Part shown: one piece after another, positions 27,836-36,287 of the stretch
How the letters are laid out: each line of letters begins with the position of its first letter
How positions within the stretch are numbered: the first letter of the stretch is position 1
Assembly (NCBI GenBank): GCA_036003785.1
Contig: DASYSB010000047.1
Span: 18,800-82,799, forward strand
From: Nitrososphaera sp.
GTDB taxonomy: Archaea; Thermoproteota; Nitrososphaeria; Nitrososphaerales; Nitrososphaeraceae
Direction of reading: 5' to 3'
DNA: 64,000 nucleotides
Translations under genes and position numbers: made by a program
The notes under the pieces: generated by a model
Told to the model about the DNA's origin: nothing
The model's input: the letters and a program-made list of their open reading frames with translations, nothing else
Databases searched by the model: none

Positions 27836-29932
27836 TTAGCGCAGGCGCACTATTTCCCTATTGTCAGGCACCCCTGACCTTATCTTCAGACGCGAATAGA
27901 TAGCGCTTGCTACATTTTCTGACTTGCTCTTTTCTCCATGGTTGACTAGGACGCGCTTTGGTTTTATCCTGGACACAAAGTTCATTATCTGGTTAAAGTC
28001 GCTGTGGCCTGAAAAGCCATCTATCTTTTGCGTCTGACATCGAACGGGTACCACCTTGACCTTGCCGGTCTTGTCCATCATGCTGACTTCTGACATAACT
28101 CCGTCAAGAACGCGCCTGCCAAGCGTGCCGTTAATCTGGTAAGAAACAAACATGATCTTGTTCTTGGGGTTGGGCGCAAGCTCCTTGAAATATTCAACTG
28201 ACGGACCGCCTTCAAGCATACCGGAGGTGGCCATCACAATGGCAGGATTTTCGTCATTAAGCACATCGTCACGCTTACCATACCCGCTGATTACCGTGAA
28301 ATATTCTGATTGGAATGGGTTGATGCCCTGAGACACGGATTTGCGCACTTCTGATCCAAGGTAATGTGCATAAGACATGTGGATGGCGCTTGCTTCAGAG
28401 ATCATGCCCTCTATGTATATCGGCGACTCGACAAGTCTTCCTTCTTTCATCTCCTTTGCCATGACAAGCATTATCTCTTGTGCTCTTCCCACTGCCGGGA
28501 CTGGGATCAGCACTTTACCTCCTTCTGTAAGTGTCTTGTTTATCGATTCAGAGAAACTGCGATAAACAACCTGTTGGTCTGGCATAACATCTGTCGTATT
28601 GCCGTATGTACTTTCAGTGATTAGTGTCTCAACCCTCGGGTACATCGAAACCGCGCTATCCAGTAGTTGTGTTCTGGCGTATTTGTAGTCTCCGGAGTAC
28701 AGGATGTTGTGCGCGCCGGAAATGTTCAGGTGCACGGTCGCGCTTCCCATGATGTGGCCGGCGTTGTTAAGCGTAATGGTGATGTCTGGCGAAATGTCAG
28801 TCGGCTTGCTGTACGGCAAAGTGATGCAGTGCTTTATTACCTCGTTGACGTCTCTTGCCTCGTACGGCAGGTACGTGCCATTGCTGTTTGCTATCTTAAC
28901 AGAGTCCATCTGGAGCAGGGTCATAAGCGGCAGCGTCGGCTCGGTGCAGTAGACCGGCCCCTTGTATCCGTACTTGAACAATGCAGGCAAGAACCCTTGG
29001 TGGTCGATGTGGGCGTGGCCTATCACCACCGCGTCCAGGTCATCAAAGTCAAAGTTGAACCAGTCAAGCCGCGGATACGCGTCGAGGCCTGACATTTCTC
29101 CAGGGTTGATTCCGCAGTCAAGCATCACCTTACTCTCCGGCGTGACAACGATAAAGCAGGACCTCCCCACCTGCTTGACTCCGCCGAGGCAAAAGAGCAT
29201 TACTTCTTCCTTGCTTGTTGACCATGGCTGAGGTCTGGGCGAACCAGGCTCGCTCATTGCTGTCTGTTGATGCGCGCTGCCGTTCCCGTTTCCATTGCCG
29301 ACAATAAGCGATCCTCTAAAAACACGTTTACCAAGTTTTTGCAGAAATTCCGTCCTCTCTTTTGCTGATCCCTTGAGCGTCGAATGGATTATGTTGATAC
29401 TGGTAGATGGAATGTGGGGCGAGCGCCTAGTGTGTGCTATCCATCCGGTCGACTGCGCGATCTGCACTATCATGTTAGGATCGATTGCCTCCGGCCGGCT
29501 AACTTCAAGCACCACTTCACCTGTGGTCTCGTCACAGAACACCGCAGAAACAAGAACGTCTTTTGGCAGAAGTTTCACAACCGCCTGTCTAGTTTGGTCT
29601 TCAGGCAGACGGACCGACGGGTCGGTACGTATGATAAACCTCTTTTTCAGGCTCTTTGATAACGACGACAAATAATAGGTAAGCTCGGTGAGCGCGAACT
29701 TCGCGTTCTTGGTGTATAGAGCAATGTTGGGACCCTCAAATCTCACCAGCGTAATCCTCGAGTCAGAAGGAATGGACTTCAGTATTATCTTGGCTACAGC
29801 CTCCTCACTTTCGGTGGTCACTTTGATAAAGGGGCCATCCAGGTCTGCTGCCAGCCTTAGCCTCTTCTGAGGTGCTGACTGCTGCTGAGCTATAATTTCG
29901 CCAACTTTATCGTCCTTTTCCAATTCTCTCAT
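27836..29932 (-). CDS. fttA: Beta-CASP ribonuclease aCPSF1 (transcription termination factor FttA)
   Basis: N-terminal KH domains; HAHIDH, AGHIMGS, SGDYK, ESTYG, GFSGHSD, VNHGE. Confidence 0.95.
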   Translation of the reverse strand: MRELEKDDKVGEIIAQQQSAPQKRLRLAADLDGPFIKVTTESEEAVAKIILKSIPSDSRITLVRFEGPNIALYTKNAKFALTELTYYLSSLSKSLKKRFIIRTDPSVRLPEDQTRQAVVKLLPKDVLVSAVFCDETTGEVVLEVSRPEAIDPNMIVQIAQSTGWIAHTRRSPHIPSTSINIIHSTLKGSAKERTEFLQKLGKRVFRGSLIVGNGNGNGSAHQQTAMSEPGSPRPQPWSTSKEEVMLFCLGGVKQVGRSCFIVVTPESKVMLDCGINPGEMSGLDAYPRLDWFNFDFDDLDAVVIGHAHIDHQGFLPALFKYGYKGPVYCTEPTLPLMTLLQMDSVKIANSNGTYLPYEARDVNEVIKHCITLPYSKPTDISPDITITLNNAGHIMGSATVHLNISGAHNILYSGDYKYARTQLLDSAVSMYPRVETLITESTYGNTTDVMPDQQVVYRSFSESINKTLTEGGKVLIPVPAVGRAQEIMLVMAKEMKEGRLVESPIYIEGMISEASAIHMSYAHYLGSEVRKSVSQGINPFQSEYFTVISGYGKRDDVLNDENPAIVMATSGMLEGGPSVEYFKELAPNPKNKIMFVSYQINGTLGRRVLDGVMSEVSMMDKTGKVKVVPVRCQTQKIDGFSGHSDFNQIMNFVSRIKPKRVLVNHGEKSKSENVASAIYSRLKIRSGVPDNREIVRLR

Positions 29933-30055
29933 TGTCGTTCGTCTGGCTATATCACCAAAGTCCTATGCCTCTTGGCTATGATAAATCAGATAAGGCACAA
30001 ACCGGTAATAAGCCAAATCTATATCGGCATTTCCATTATAAAAGCATACTGTTCA

Positions 30056-31288
30056 TTAGAACGGTACGTATGGCACCAGTATGGCTATCGCCACTATCGC
30101 AGCCATGACAAGCGTCAAGAGCATGCTTGCGTTCTTGGCCATCACCTTTGACTTTGCACGCTTCTCTATCAAGGCGCCGTATAGCTGACCGCCGTCAAGC
30201 GGGCCGATCGGAAGCGCGTTGAATATGCCGACGTTAAAGTTGATGAACCAAAGCCAAAACAAAATGTTGGCAACTGGTGCGTATGCGCCGCCAAGTACGC
30301 TTGACGTGTACTTTGGAGCCATCATGTCAGAGTACGGGACTAATCCTTCTTGGAAAGTGGGTGGAAGAAGTATGCCAAGTGGATTCTGTGTGAACTGGTC
30401 CTTGTACCTGTCAAGGACTGCCTGTGGATCAGGCGACAACAATGTGACAGTCACACCAAGGACGCCCTTGCCTTGTTCTACTGTTGGAGGCAGCGTTACC
30501 GCCCTAGTTACAACGTCGCCAGCCTTGTTGATCCAAGTAATATCAACCGTGCTGCCAAGATTTGCACGCAGATAATTGCCTAGATCGTTTAGTGTTTTAA
30601 CCTCCTGTCCTGCAACATATTGGATCACGGATTCGGGTTCCATGCCTACCGACTCTGCAAGGCTCCCGGGACCGACGCTTATTACCGCCACGCCAAACTG
30701 CGGGGCATTTGGGTCCGGCGGTAGTGGAGTAAGCGTCGATACTACGAAGTAAAGAACCAGGAGTGAAGCGCCGGCCAATATCATATTGTTGAGCGGACCG
30801 GCTGTGAGGACAGCGCTCTTTTGCTTGAGAGTCGCCCTGTTGAGCTCCTCCCTTTCAATGTTTACAAACGCACCTATTGGCAGGCCAAGGAACAACACGA
30901 TTCCAGTAGAGTCAACTCTAAGATTGTACACGCGGGCGACAATGCCGTGGCCTGCCTCATGGATAATGATTGTGATAATGAGTGCTGGCCAGCCGTATAT
31001 TACGGGCAAATATGGGTTAAGGCCCGGAATGAGCAGATTGGCCTGGAGGCCTGCGCCAGCTACCGCGCCCCTTGCGGATGCATTGGAGAACATGACAGTG
31101 AGAGAACCAATGATGAGGAATATTGCAAGTGCGGTTATCGCCGGCATCAGGTATATGTTAAAGTCGGCATAAATTTTGGCCGCGCGCCACTTAGCAACCT
31201 TATCAAAGAATGAAAGCCCAAAAGGTGTGTGAATAAGTATCAGAGGGAGTTTTACTTCGGCACGCACCCCGTTCTTTTGCTGTTCCAA
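30056..31288 (-). CDS. Site-2 protease (M50) with PDZ domain
   Basis: HEAGH, AGPLNN, central PDZ, FNALPIGPLDGG. Confidence 0.93.
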   Translation of the reverse strand: MEQQKNGVRAEVKLPLILIHTPFGLSFFDKVAKWRAAKIYADFNIYLMPAITALAIFLIIGSLTVMFSNASARGAVAGAGLQANLLIPGLNPYLPVIYGWPALIITIIIHEAGHGIVARVYNLRVDSTGIVLFLGLPIGAFVNIEREELNRATLKQKSAVLTAGPLNNMILAGASLLVLYFVVSTLTPLPPDPNAPQFGVAVISVGPGSLAESVGMEPESVIQYVAGQEVKTLNDLGNYLRANLGSTVDITWINKAGDVVTRAVTLPPTVEQGKGVLGVTVTLLSPDPQAVLDRYKDQFTQNPLGILLPPTFQEGLVPYSDMMAPKYTSSVLGGAYAPVANILFWLWFINFNVGIFNALPIGPLDGGQLYGALIEKRAKSKVMAKNASMLLTLVMAAIVAIAILVPYVPF

Positions 31289-31346
31289 CCGAATGTATTA
31301 CGCGGCTTCTGTATTTAAATCAAAGCGTCCTCTATAGCGTACAAAG

Positions 31347-31670
31347 TTAAACGCCACTGCTCTCTGTTTTCTGTATTTCAATGTGTACTTTGTCGCCGAC
31401 CTTGATGCTCATGTCCTGATACTCTCTCATACTCAGCTTTATCGTTGGCGATTCAGTAAGCCCCCCTCCAATACCGGGGATGCTCGCCATGATTTTGGGC
31501 ATGTTCTTCATGAGATCATCCATGGAGCTGAATGTCGCTGTGCCCGGACCAAACGGGTTCATGTTAGGCTTGTCAGGCTTGTACTCTTTTGGATCGTTGA
31601 ATGTAACGTAGACGTACGGGCTGCCATCCTGCGACGCTTCAATCCGAGCAACTATGTATTCCCTTCTCAT
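31347..31670 (-). CDS. Hypothetical protein
   Basis: Coding-like ORF with a C-terminal beta-barrel-like IKVGDKVHIEI. Confidence 0.72.
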   Translation of the reverse strand: MRREYIVARIEASQDGSPYVYVTFNDPKEYKPDKPNMNPFGPGTATFSSMDDLMKNMPKIMASIPGIGGGLTESPTIKLSMREYQDMSIKVGDKVHIEIQKTESSGV

Positions 31671-31844
31671 TTATGCAGTATCTTGCACAGAGGGATTTAT
31701 TTGCATATCTAAAATTGCTAGTTCAATTGCACCGGTGCCTAAAATGCCAAATATTTTGCGCCGCGAGCGACAGCTCGTTTTAGTCTAGACGAGTTCGAAT
31801 CGATCCCCTACTCCACAGCACAACAGAAAGTCTACATTAGAGAG

Positions 31845-32789
31845 TTGCACAGTAATCTCGTGCTTGCTATAGAAGCGGCCGGCGTAAGCAAAATATACAA
31901 GGGTGCCAGGCAGGCTGCGCTATCCGACGTTTCGCTCCAAATAGAGAAGGGCAAGATCTTGACCTTACTCGGCAGAAACGGCGCGGGCAAGACAACCTTT
32001 GTGCGCATTTGTGCAACCCAGCTGATGCCCAGTGCCGGGAGCATCAACGTACTTGGCTATGACGTGGTAAAGCACGCTAGGCAAATCCGTGACTTGATTT
32101 CCGTAGTTCCACAAGAGGGCCGTCCACTCAGGGCATTGACGTCATGGGACCACATCTACAACTGGCTGCAGATAAGAGGCGATGACAAACAAACTGCAAA
32201 AGCTAAAACGGAGGACATACTGCGCAAGCTTGAGCTCTACGAAGCGCGGGACAGGCCAGCTATGAACCTGTCAGGCGGCATGAAGCAGAAAATCCTGGTA
32301 GCAATGGCGATGGCTACGGACGCGCAGCTATTGTTTCTAGACGAGCCGACAATTGGGCTGGACCCGGTCTCCAGGAGGCAAGTCTGGTCCGCAATAAAGG
32401 ACTGGAAGACCAAAGGGGGCTCGATTCTTTTGACGACACACTACATGGACGAAGCCGAGATGCTATCAGACTATGTTGTCATTATCGACAAGGGCGCGGT
32501 GATCGCTCGTGGAACCATCCAGGAGCTGCGCAGGGTTATACCGCAGAACATCCGAGTAGATATTGCGCGCGACGGGCTTGACATTGACGCGCTCAAGCCT
32601 TACGGGTCGGTAGTCGACACGGGCACTGGGATGCTCCGTGTCTTTACCTTAGAGTCAGCGGTTCGAGAGCTGTCCGAGCTCGCGCTACGCAAGAACCTTT
32701 TGTTTACAGTATCGCCGGTCACACTCGATGATGTGTTTGTCTATCTCGCAGGAGGCGGCATTGGAGATGACGAGAATGGCAGAGACTAG
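31845..32789 (+). CDS. ABC transporter ATP-binding protein (DrrA-like exporter)
   Basis: GRNGAGKTT, LSGGMKQK, LFLDEPT, TTH. Confidence 0.95.
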   Translation: MHSNLVLAIEAAGVSKIYKGARQAALSDVSLQIEKGKILTLLGRNGAGKTTFVRICATQLMPSAGSINVLGYDVVKHARQIRDLISVVPQEGRPLRALTSWDHIYNWLQIRGDDKQTAKAKTEDILRKLELYEARDRPAMNLSGGMKQKILVAMAMATDAQLLFLDEPTIGLDPVSRRQVWSAIKDWKTKGGSILLTTHYMDEAEMLSDYVVIIDKGAVIARGTIQELRRVIPQNIRVDIARDGLDIDALKPYGSVVDTGTGMLRVFTLESAVRELSELALRKNLLFTVSPVTLDDVFVYLAGGGIGDDENGRD

Positions 32790-33525
32790 CATGCTTCCTG
32801 TAAGGCAGGCGTTTCTTATCGCCTACATGACAGGTGTGCTCTGGCTGCGGAGGAACCCTATGTCGCTCGTCTTCACAGCTATAAGCCCATTCTCGCTTCT
32901 GTTTGTACTCTTTATCATTAGCAACGGTCAGTATGTCGACTTTGCAGTTGCAGGAAGTCTTGTGATGGCGCTCGTTGGTTACGGCCTCGCGCTCGGTCAA
33001 GACATTTCGTTCTACAAGACGGAGTACAAAATACAGGACGTATTTGTCGCGTCGCCTGTGTCACCATTAACATACATGATGGGTCTTGCGCTTTCCGAGC
33101 TGCTCTTTGGATTGCCCGCGCTTATTGTACTGGCATCACTTGTCGTGTTTTCTGGAGCGTCAATATTTAGCATCCCACTGCTCGCGGCCACTATCCTGCT
33201 TATCTGGGGGTCCATGTCAGCGATGGGATTCTTTTTGTCCTCGCATATGCTACATATGCGTAACGCGACTCAGGTCATTTCGTTTGTGAACGTGATACTT
33301 GCGATTCTTCCGCCCGTGTTCTACTCGATAGATCGCATGCCAGATATTCTGCGGCCGCTTGCCTACGCAATACCTACCACCCATGCGTCGTTGATACTTC
33401 AGTACGTCATGAATAACAAAACTCCAGAAGAATGGTCGGTCGGCTTTGGGTTTGGCGTACTGATCGCCTACCTGATCGGCTTTGTGGCGCTGGCAAAAAC
33501 GAAGGCGATATGGCGGGAGAACTAA
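32776..33525 (+). CDS. ABC-2 type transporter permease
   Basis: Six TM; PPVFYSID.MP; PTTHA. Start is probably ATG 32776 or 32791. Confidence 0.92.
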   Translation: MAETSMLPVRQAFLIAYMTGVLWLRRNPMSLVFTAISPFSLLFVLFIISNGQYVDFAVAGSLVMALVGYGLALGQDISFYKTEYKIQDVFVASPVSPLTYMMGLALSELLFGLPALIVLASLVVFSGASIFSIPLLAATILLIWGSMSAMGFFLSSHMLHMRNATQVISFVNVILAILPPVFYSIDRMPDILRPLAYAIPTTHASLILQYVMNNKTPEEWSVGFGFGVLIAYLIGFVALAKTKAIWREN

Positions 33526-33540
33526 TAAGAATTCGATAAA

Positions 33541-33562
33541 AAGGTCACGGTGGGATTTGGAC
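33541..33562. repeat. att site (displaced copy of tRNA-Thr 3' end)
   Basis: aaggtcacggtgggatttggac is identical to 41643-41664 and extends to 28 nt with 2 mismatches. Confidence 0.92.
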
Positions 33563-33589
33563 ATACGAAAATGAAAACAATGTTCGTTT

Positions 33590-33608
33590 AATTATACGCC
33601 GTATAATT
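33590..33608. promoter_or_regulatory. 19-bp palindrome just inside the left att site
   Basis: AATTATACG-C-CGTATAATT. Confidence 0.5.
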
Positions 33609-33870
33609 TTATCTACATTGTCTATTTGCAAACCACGCTCAATTTAGTGTTTTGATCTGATCAACTCGACATCTATAACATTCTACTAGATGTATAGTTG
33701 ACCAGACGATTGAGCACGAAAACGACATAGACAAGCTAGATAGAGGCGCGGTTGAATCGAAGACCCCCTACCTGCAAAAAGCTAGGTCAAAATTTACCGT
33801 GCTGGTCAAGAACTACGAGTAAATTTTATGTTTTGATCTTAAATAGCCCGCCAAGAATCTAAGTGAGTCA

Positions 33871-34582
33871 TTGTTCGATAGAATCGAGTATTTTAGATTG
33901 GCACATCATGACATTCAGCAGCTTAATCGCGCATTTGTCGATGCTCAAAATGAGGTCAGAGCTCTATACCAGAATGCTGTAAGAGAGAAAGATGCCAGAA
34001 TTACCATATTCGCCAAGTGTATCAATGTAGTTATGTGCGCTGACTTTGGGTTAGGTTTTTTCAATGCCCAAATGCTTAACAAAGAACGTTTTAAAGAGAT
34101 ACTCAGAACGCCTCTGACAGATAAGCAAAAGATTGCAATTCAAGATGAATTTCAACAATTTATCAAAATGGGCATGATTAATTTCTTTCACGCGTCGCTT
34201 GAGAGTTCTTTTAGAACTTTCGTTACAATCGCAGACCCAAATTTCACCAAGACAGATGATAGTTTCAAGAAATCTCTATGATCATACGCTAGTAGAATTA
34301 GGGCTTGGCGAATACCGACCCGCTCTTGATTTACTTAGATTATGCCGAAATACTCTGCATACAAACGGTTATCATAATGCCAAAAACGAGACGATCACTT
34401 ACAATAGTAAAGAATACCACTTTATCAGAGGTCAAATGCCACAATACTTTGAATGGTCATTTCTTGCTGTCTTGTTGTACGATATTCGTGTCATGCTGCT
34501 AAAAATTGTAAAAACACAACCGTTTGCAAATGCAGATCGTATCGATGACCCTTTTATCACACCAGAGCGCCCTACCGAGTAG
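33871..34582 (+). pseudogene. Frameshifted hypothetical protein with possible HEPN-like RNxxH motif
   Basis: ORFs 33871-34281 and 34199-34582 join as ...DDSFK-NLYDHTL... if one A is removed near 34268-34271. Contains FFHASLESSFR and LRLCRNTLHTNG. Confidence 0.6.
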
Positions 34583-35468
34583 AGAGAGATCGTATTTTAG
34601 TTAGTTCGCCTAGGTTAGGCTTTTTGTTGCGAATTATCTTTAACTCTTTCTCTGATAGCACGACATTGGCTCGCCTCTCGTTACTATAAAGCTCGACGTT
34701 TAGCCTGTTATGATTCGCATTACTTAATGTAATTCGCTTGCCAAAACTTGGTATTACTAGCCCGGCATACTTGCTTTCTTGAATAGAAGTAATCACTAGC
34801 CGTCTAGTCGAAACTTCATTTATCGACTTCAACATTCTAGCAATGACCGTTTTTGCTTCTTTTTTCTTGATGTTTGGGTCGTCGTCAAACATATCTAGCA
34901 GGCCGGGCACGATAACAACGCTTGGCTGATACTTTGCAATGACTTTCGGTAGTTCTCGCTGTAACAGGCTTTTTAGCTGGTAAATAGTGAAAGTTCGGCT
35001 AACAATTATTCTGTCTAGCGAGCGTTTAAGATCGAGGCCGTATTGCTTTACGAAATTCACTGTCTGGTAAAAATCTGACTTGTTACCTGCATCGACAATG
35101 ATTACATGGGACGAGCCAAGCCCGCCGTAATTCGTTGGCAATAGTGCCCTTACGCAAAGCCTCGTTAATAGCAAGTTCGCCTTGTAGCCGGCAATACAAA
35201 GCGTACCTGTCGTCGATAACGGCATAAACTTGCTGATCTTTGCTATATCGATCTTGAATCTGCAAAGGTCGTAGGCTGTCTGAAATCTTGGTATCTTTGG
35301 CTCTAATTCGGTTTCTTTATTTCGCTTCTCTAACGTACTTGCCAGAAAAGCGCCGCATTTAGGGCAATCTTCGATTACAGTTGAAATTTCAATTTGTTCG
35401 TTGGTTTCTTTTAGAATTGAACCGCACCGGGTGCAAAGGTATTGTGATAATGGGCTAAAGCTCTGCAA
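34572..35468 (-). CDS. Zn-ribbon plus degenerate RadA/Rad51-like ATPase fold
   Basis: CTRC...CPKC; LTRLCVRALLP..GG, VIIVDAGN, LDRIIVSRTFTIYQL are RecA-fold core motifs. GxxxxGKT is absent (CIAGYKAN in its place). Confidence 0.8.
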   Translation of the reverse strand: MQSFSPLSQYLCTRCGSILKETNEQIEISTVIEDCPKCGAFLASTLEKRNKETELEPKIPRFQTAYDLCRFKIDIAKISKFMPLSTTGTLCIAGYKANLLLTRLCVRALLPTNYGGLGSSHVIIVDAGNKSDFYQTVNFVKQYGLDLKRSLDRIIVSRTFTIYQLKSLLQRELPKVIAKYQPSVVIVPGLLDMFDDDPNIKKKEAKTVIARMLKSINEVSTRRLVITSIQESKYAGLVIPSFGKRITLSNANHNRLNVELYSNERRANVVLSEKELKIIRNKKPNLGELTKIRSLSTR

Positions 35469-35506
35469 GGTTTGACTTTGAAAGGCTGTCTGTTATAAGG
35501 CGTGTA

Positions 35507-35541
35507 GCACCTTACCGAGACCCCCCCTCTCTGCAAGGTGC
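35507..35541. promoter_or_regulatory. Inverted repeat between divergent promoters of the PolB2 cassette
   Basis: GCACCTT...AAGGTGC arms with an imperfect inner stem and C7 loop, lying between TTATAA (35493) and TTTATC (~35549). Confidence 0.45.
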
Positions 35542-35578
35542 GCCCTGCTTTATCTAAAACTTGAAGCGTGGTTACATT

Positions 35579-35746
35579 ATGCATCATAGGCACGACTATC
35601 TAGCTCAAGCTACCAATAATCACAAAGAATGCACCGAATGCAACAAGAGAACCCTGTATTATTGCGTCAAATGCGGTGCTTGCTATTCGTGTCACTGGCG
35701 AATCGAAAGACCTGCTAGGCAGATCACGCTAGTCGCTGCATCTTAG
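35579..35746 (+). CDS. Small Cys-rich zinc-finger protein, first gene of the polB2 operon
   Basis: ECTECNKRTLYYCVKCGACYSCH (three CxxC). Confidence 0.7.
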   Translation: MHHRHDYLAQATNNHKECTECNKRTLYYCVKCGACYSCHWRIERPARQITLVAAS

Positions 35747-35754
35747 GTGATTCT

Positions 35755-36024
35755 ATGGGCCGAACGATACCGTCTTTCAGATTAGCTCTAGCTGACGAAG
35801 AAAAAGAATGGTCTGACTACCGCAAACATTTGACAATGAAAGAAAGACGAGCTTTCGACGAAATGTTTGCAATCGTCAGACTTTACATTTCTGCTTGCTC
35901 GTGCGCTGCCAAACCAGTTAGAATTTACGTTATTGTAACAAGCATTCTTTTACATCATTACTTAGAGTTACACGATCTAGCCGACACACTACGAGCAACC
36001 AGCGAGGCGCTAGATTACTCGTGA
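35755..36024 (+). CDS. PolB2-associated small alpha-helical protein (arCOG07300-like)
   Basis: MGRTIPSFR...EWSDYRKHL...RAFDEMF is the pattern of the small gene that precedes polB2 in archaea. Confidence 0.8.
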   Translation: MGRTIPSFRLALADEEKEWSDYRKHLTMKERRAFDEMFAIVRLYISACSCAAKPVRIYVIVTSILLHHYLELHDLADTLRATSEALDYS

Positions 36025-36287
36025 CTTTAGATACAAAAGACAACATTGTAACGCAAATTATTCAGACTTATGGCGCTTATCGCGATGCTTTGCCTGCCGA
36101 GAAACGAAAACGCTTTGACGAACTAATGAATTTCTTGTACGAGTTTATCGAAGCTATCAACGCCAAAGACGAACCGTTTGCAGAAGAAACGGCCCTAGTT
36201 ACGCTGGTTCTAAAACAACATTTGATTATCGAAGGCCTTAAAGAACAAGCGGCAAATCTGCGCAAAAAGCTACAAGGGCACAAGTAA
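36021..36287 (+). CDS. Second PolB2-associated small helical protein (probable paralog)
   Basis: YRDALPAEKRKRFDELM...AINAKDEPF parallels YRKHLTMKERRAFDEMF; GTGA overlap with the upstream gene. Confidence 0.7.
   Translation: MTLDTKDNIVTQIIQTYGAYRDALPAEKRKRFDELMNFLYEFIEAINAKDEPFAEETALVTLVLKQHLIIEGLKEQAANLRKKLQGHK

Noticed and set aside
29230-29300. Low-complexity GNGNGNGS insertion in aCPSF1
   Set aside because: It falls in the variable linker between the KH and MBL domains; unremarkable.
33541-33870. SSV-type split integrase fragments spanning the att sites
   Set aside because: Frames through the att copies close within ~20 codons and no R-H-R-H-Y motifs were found.
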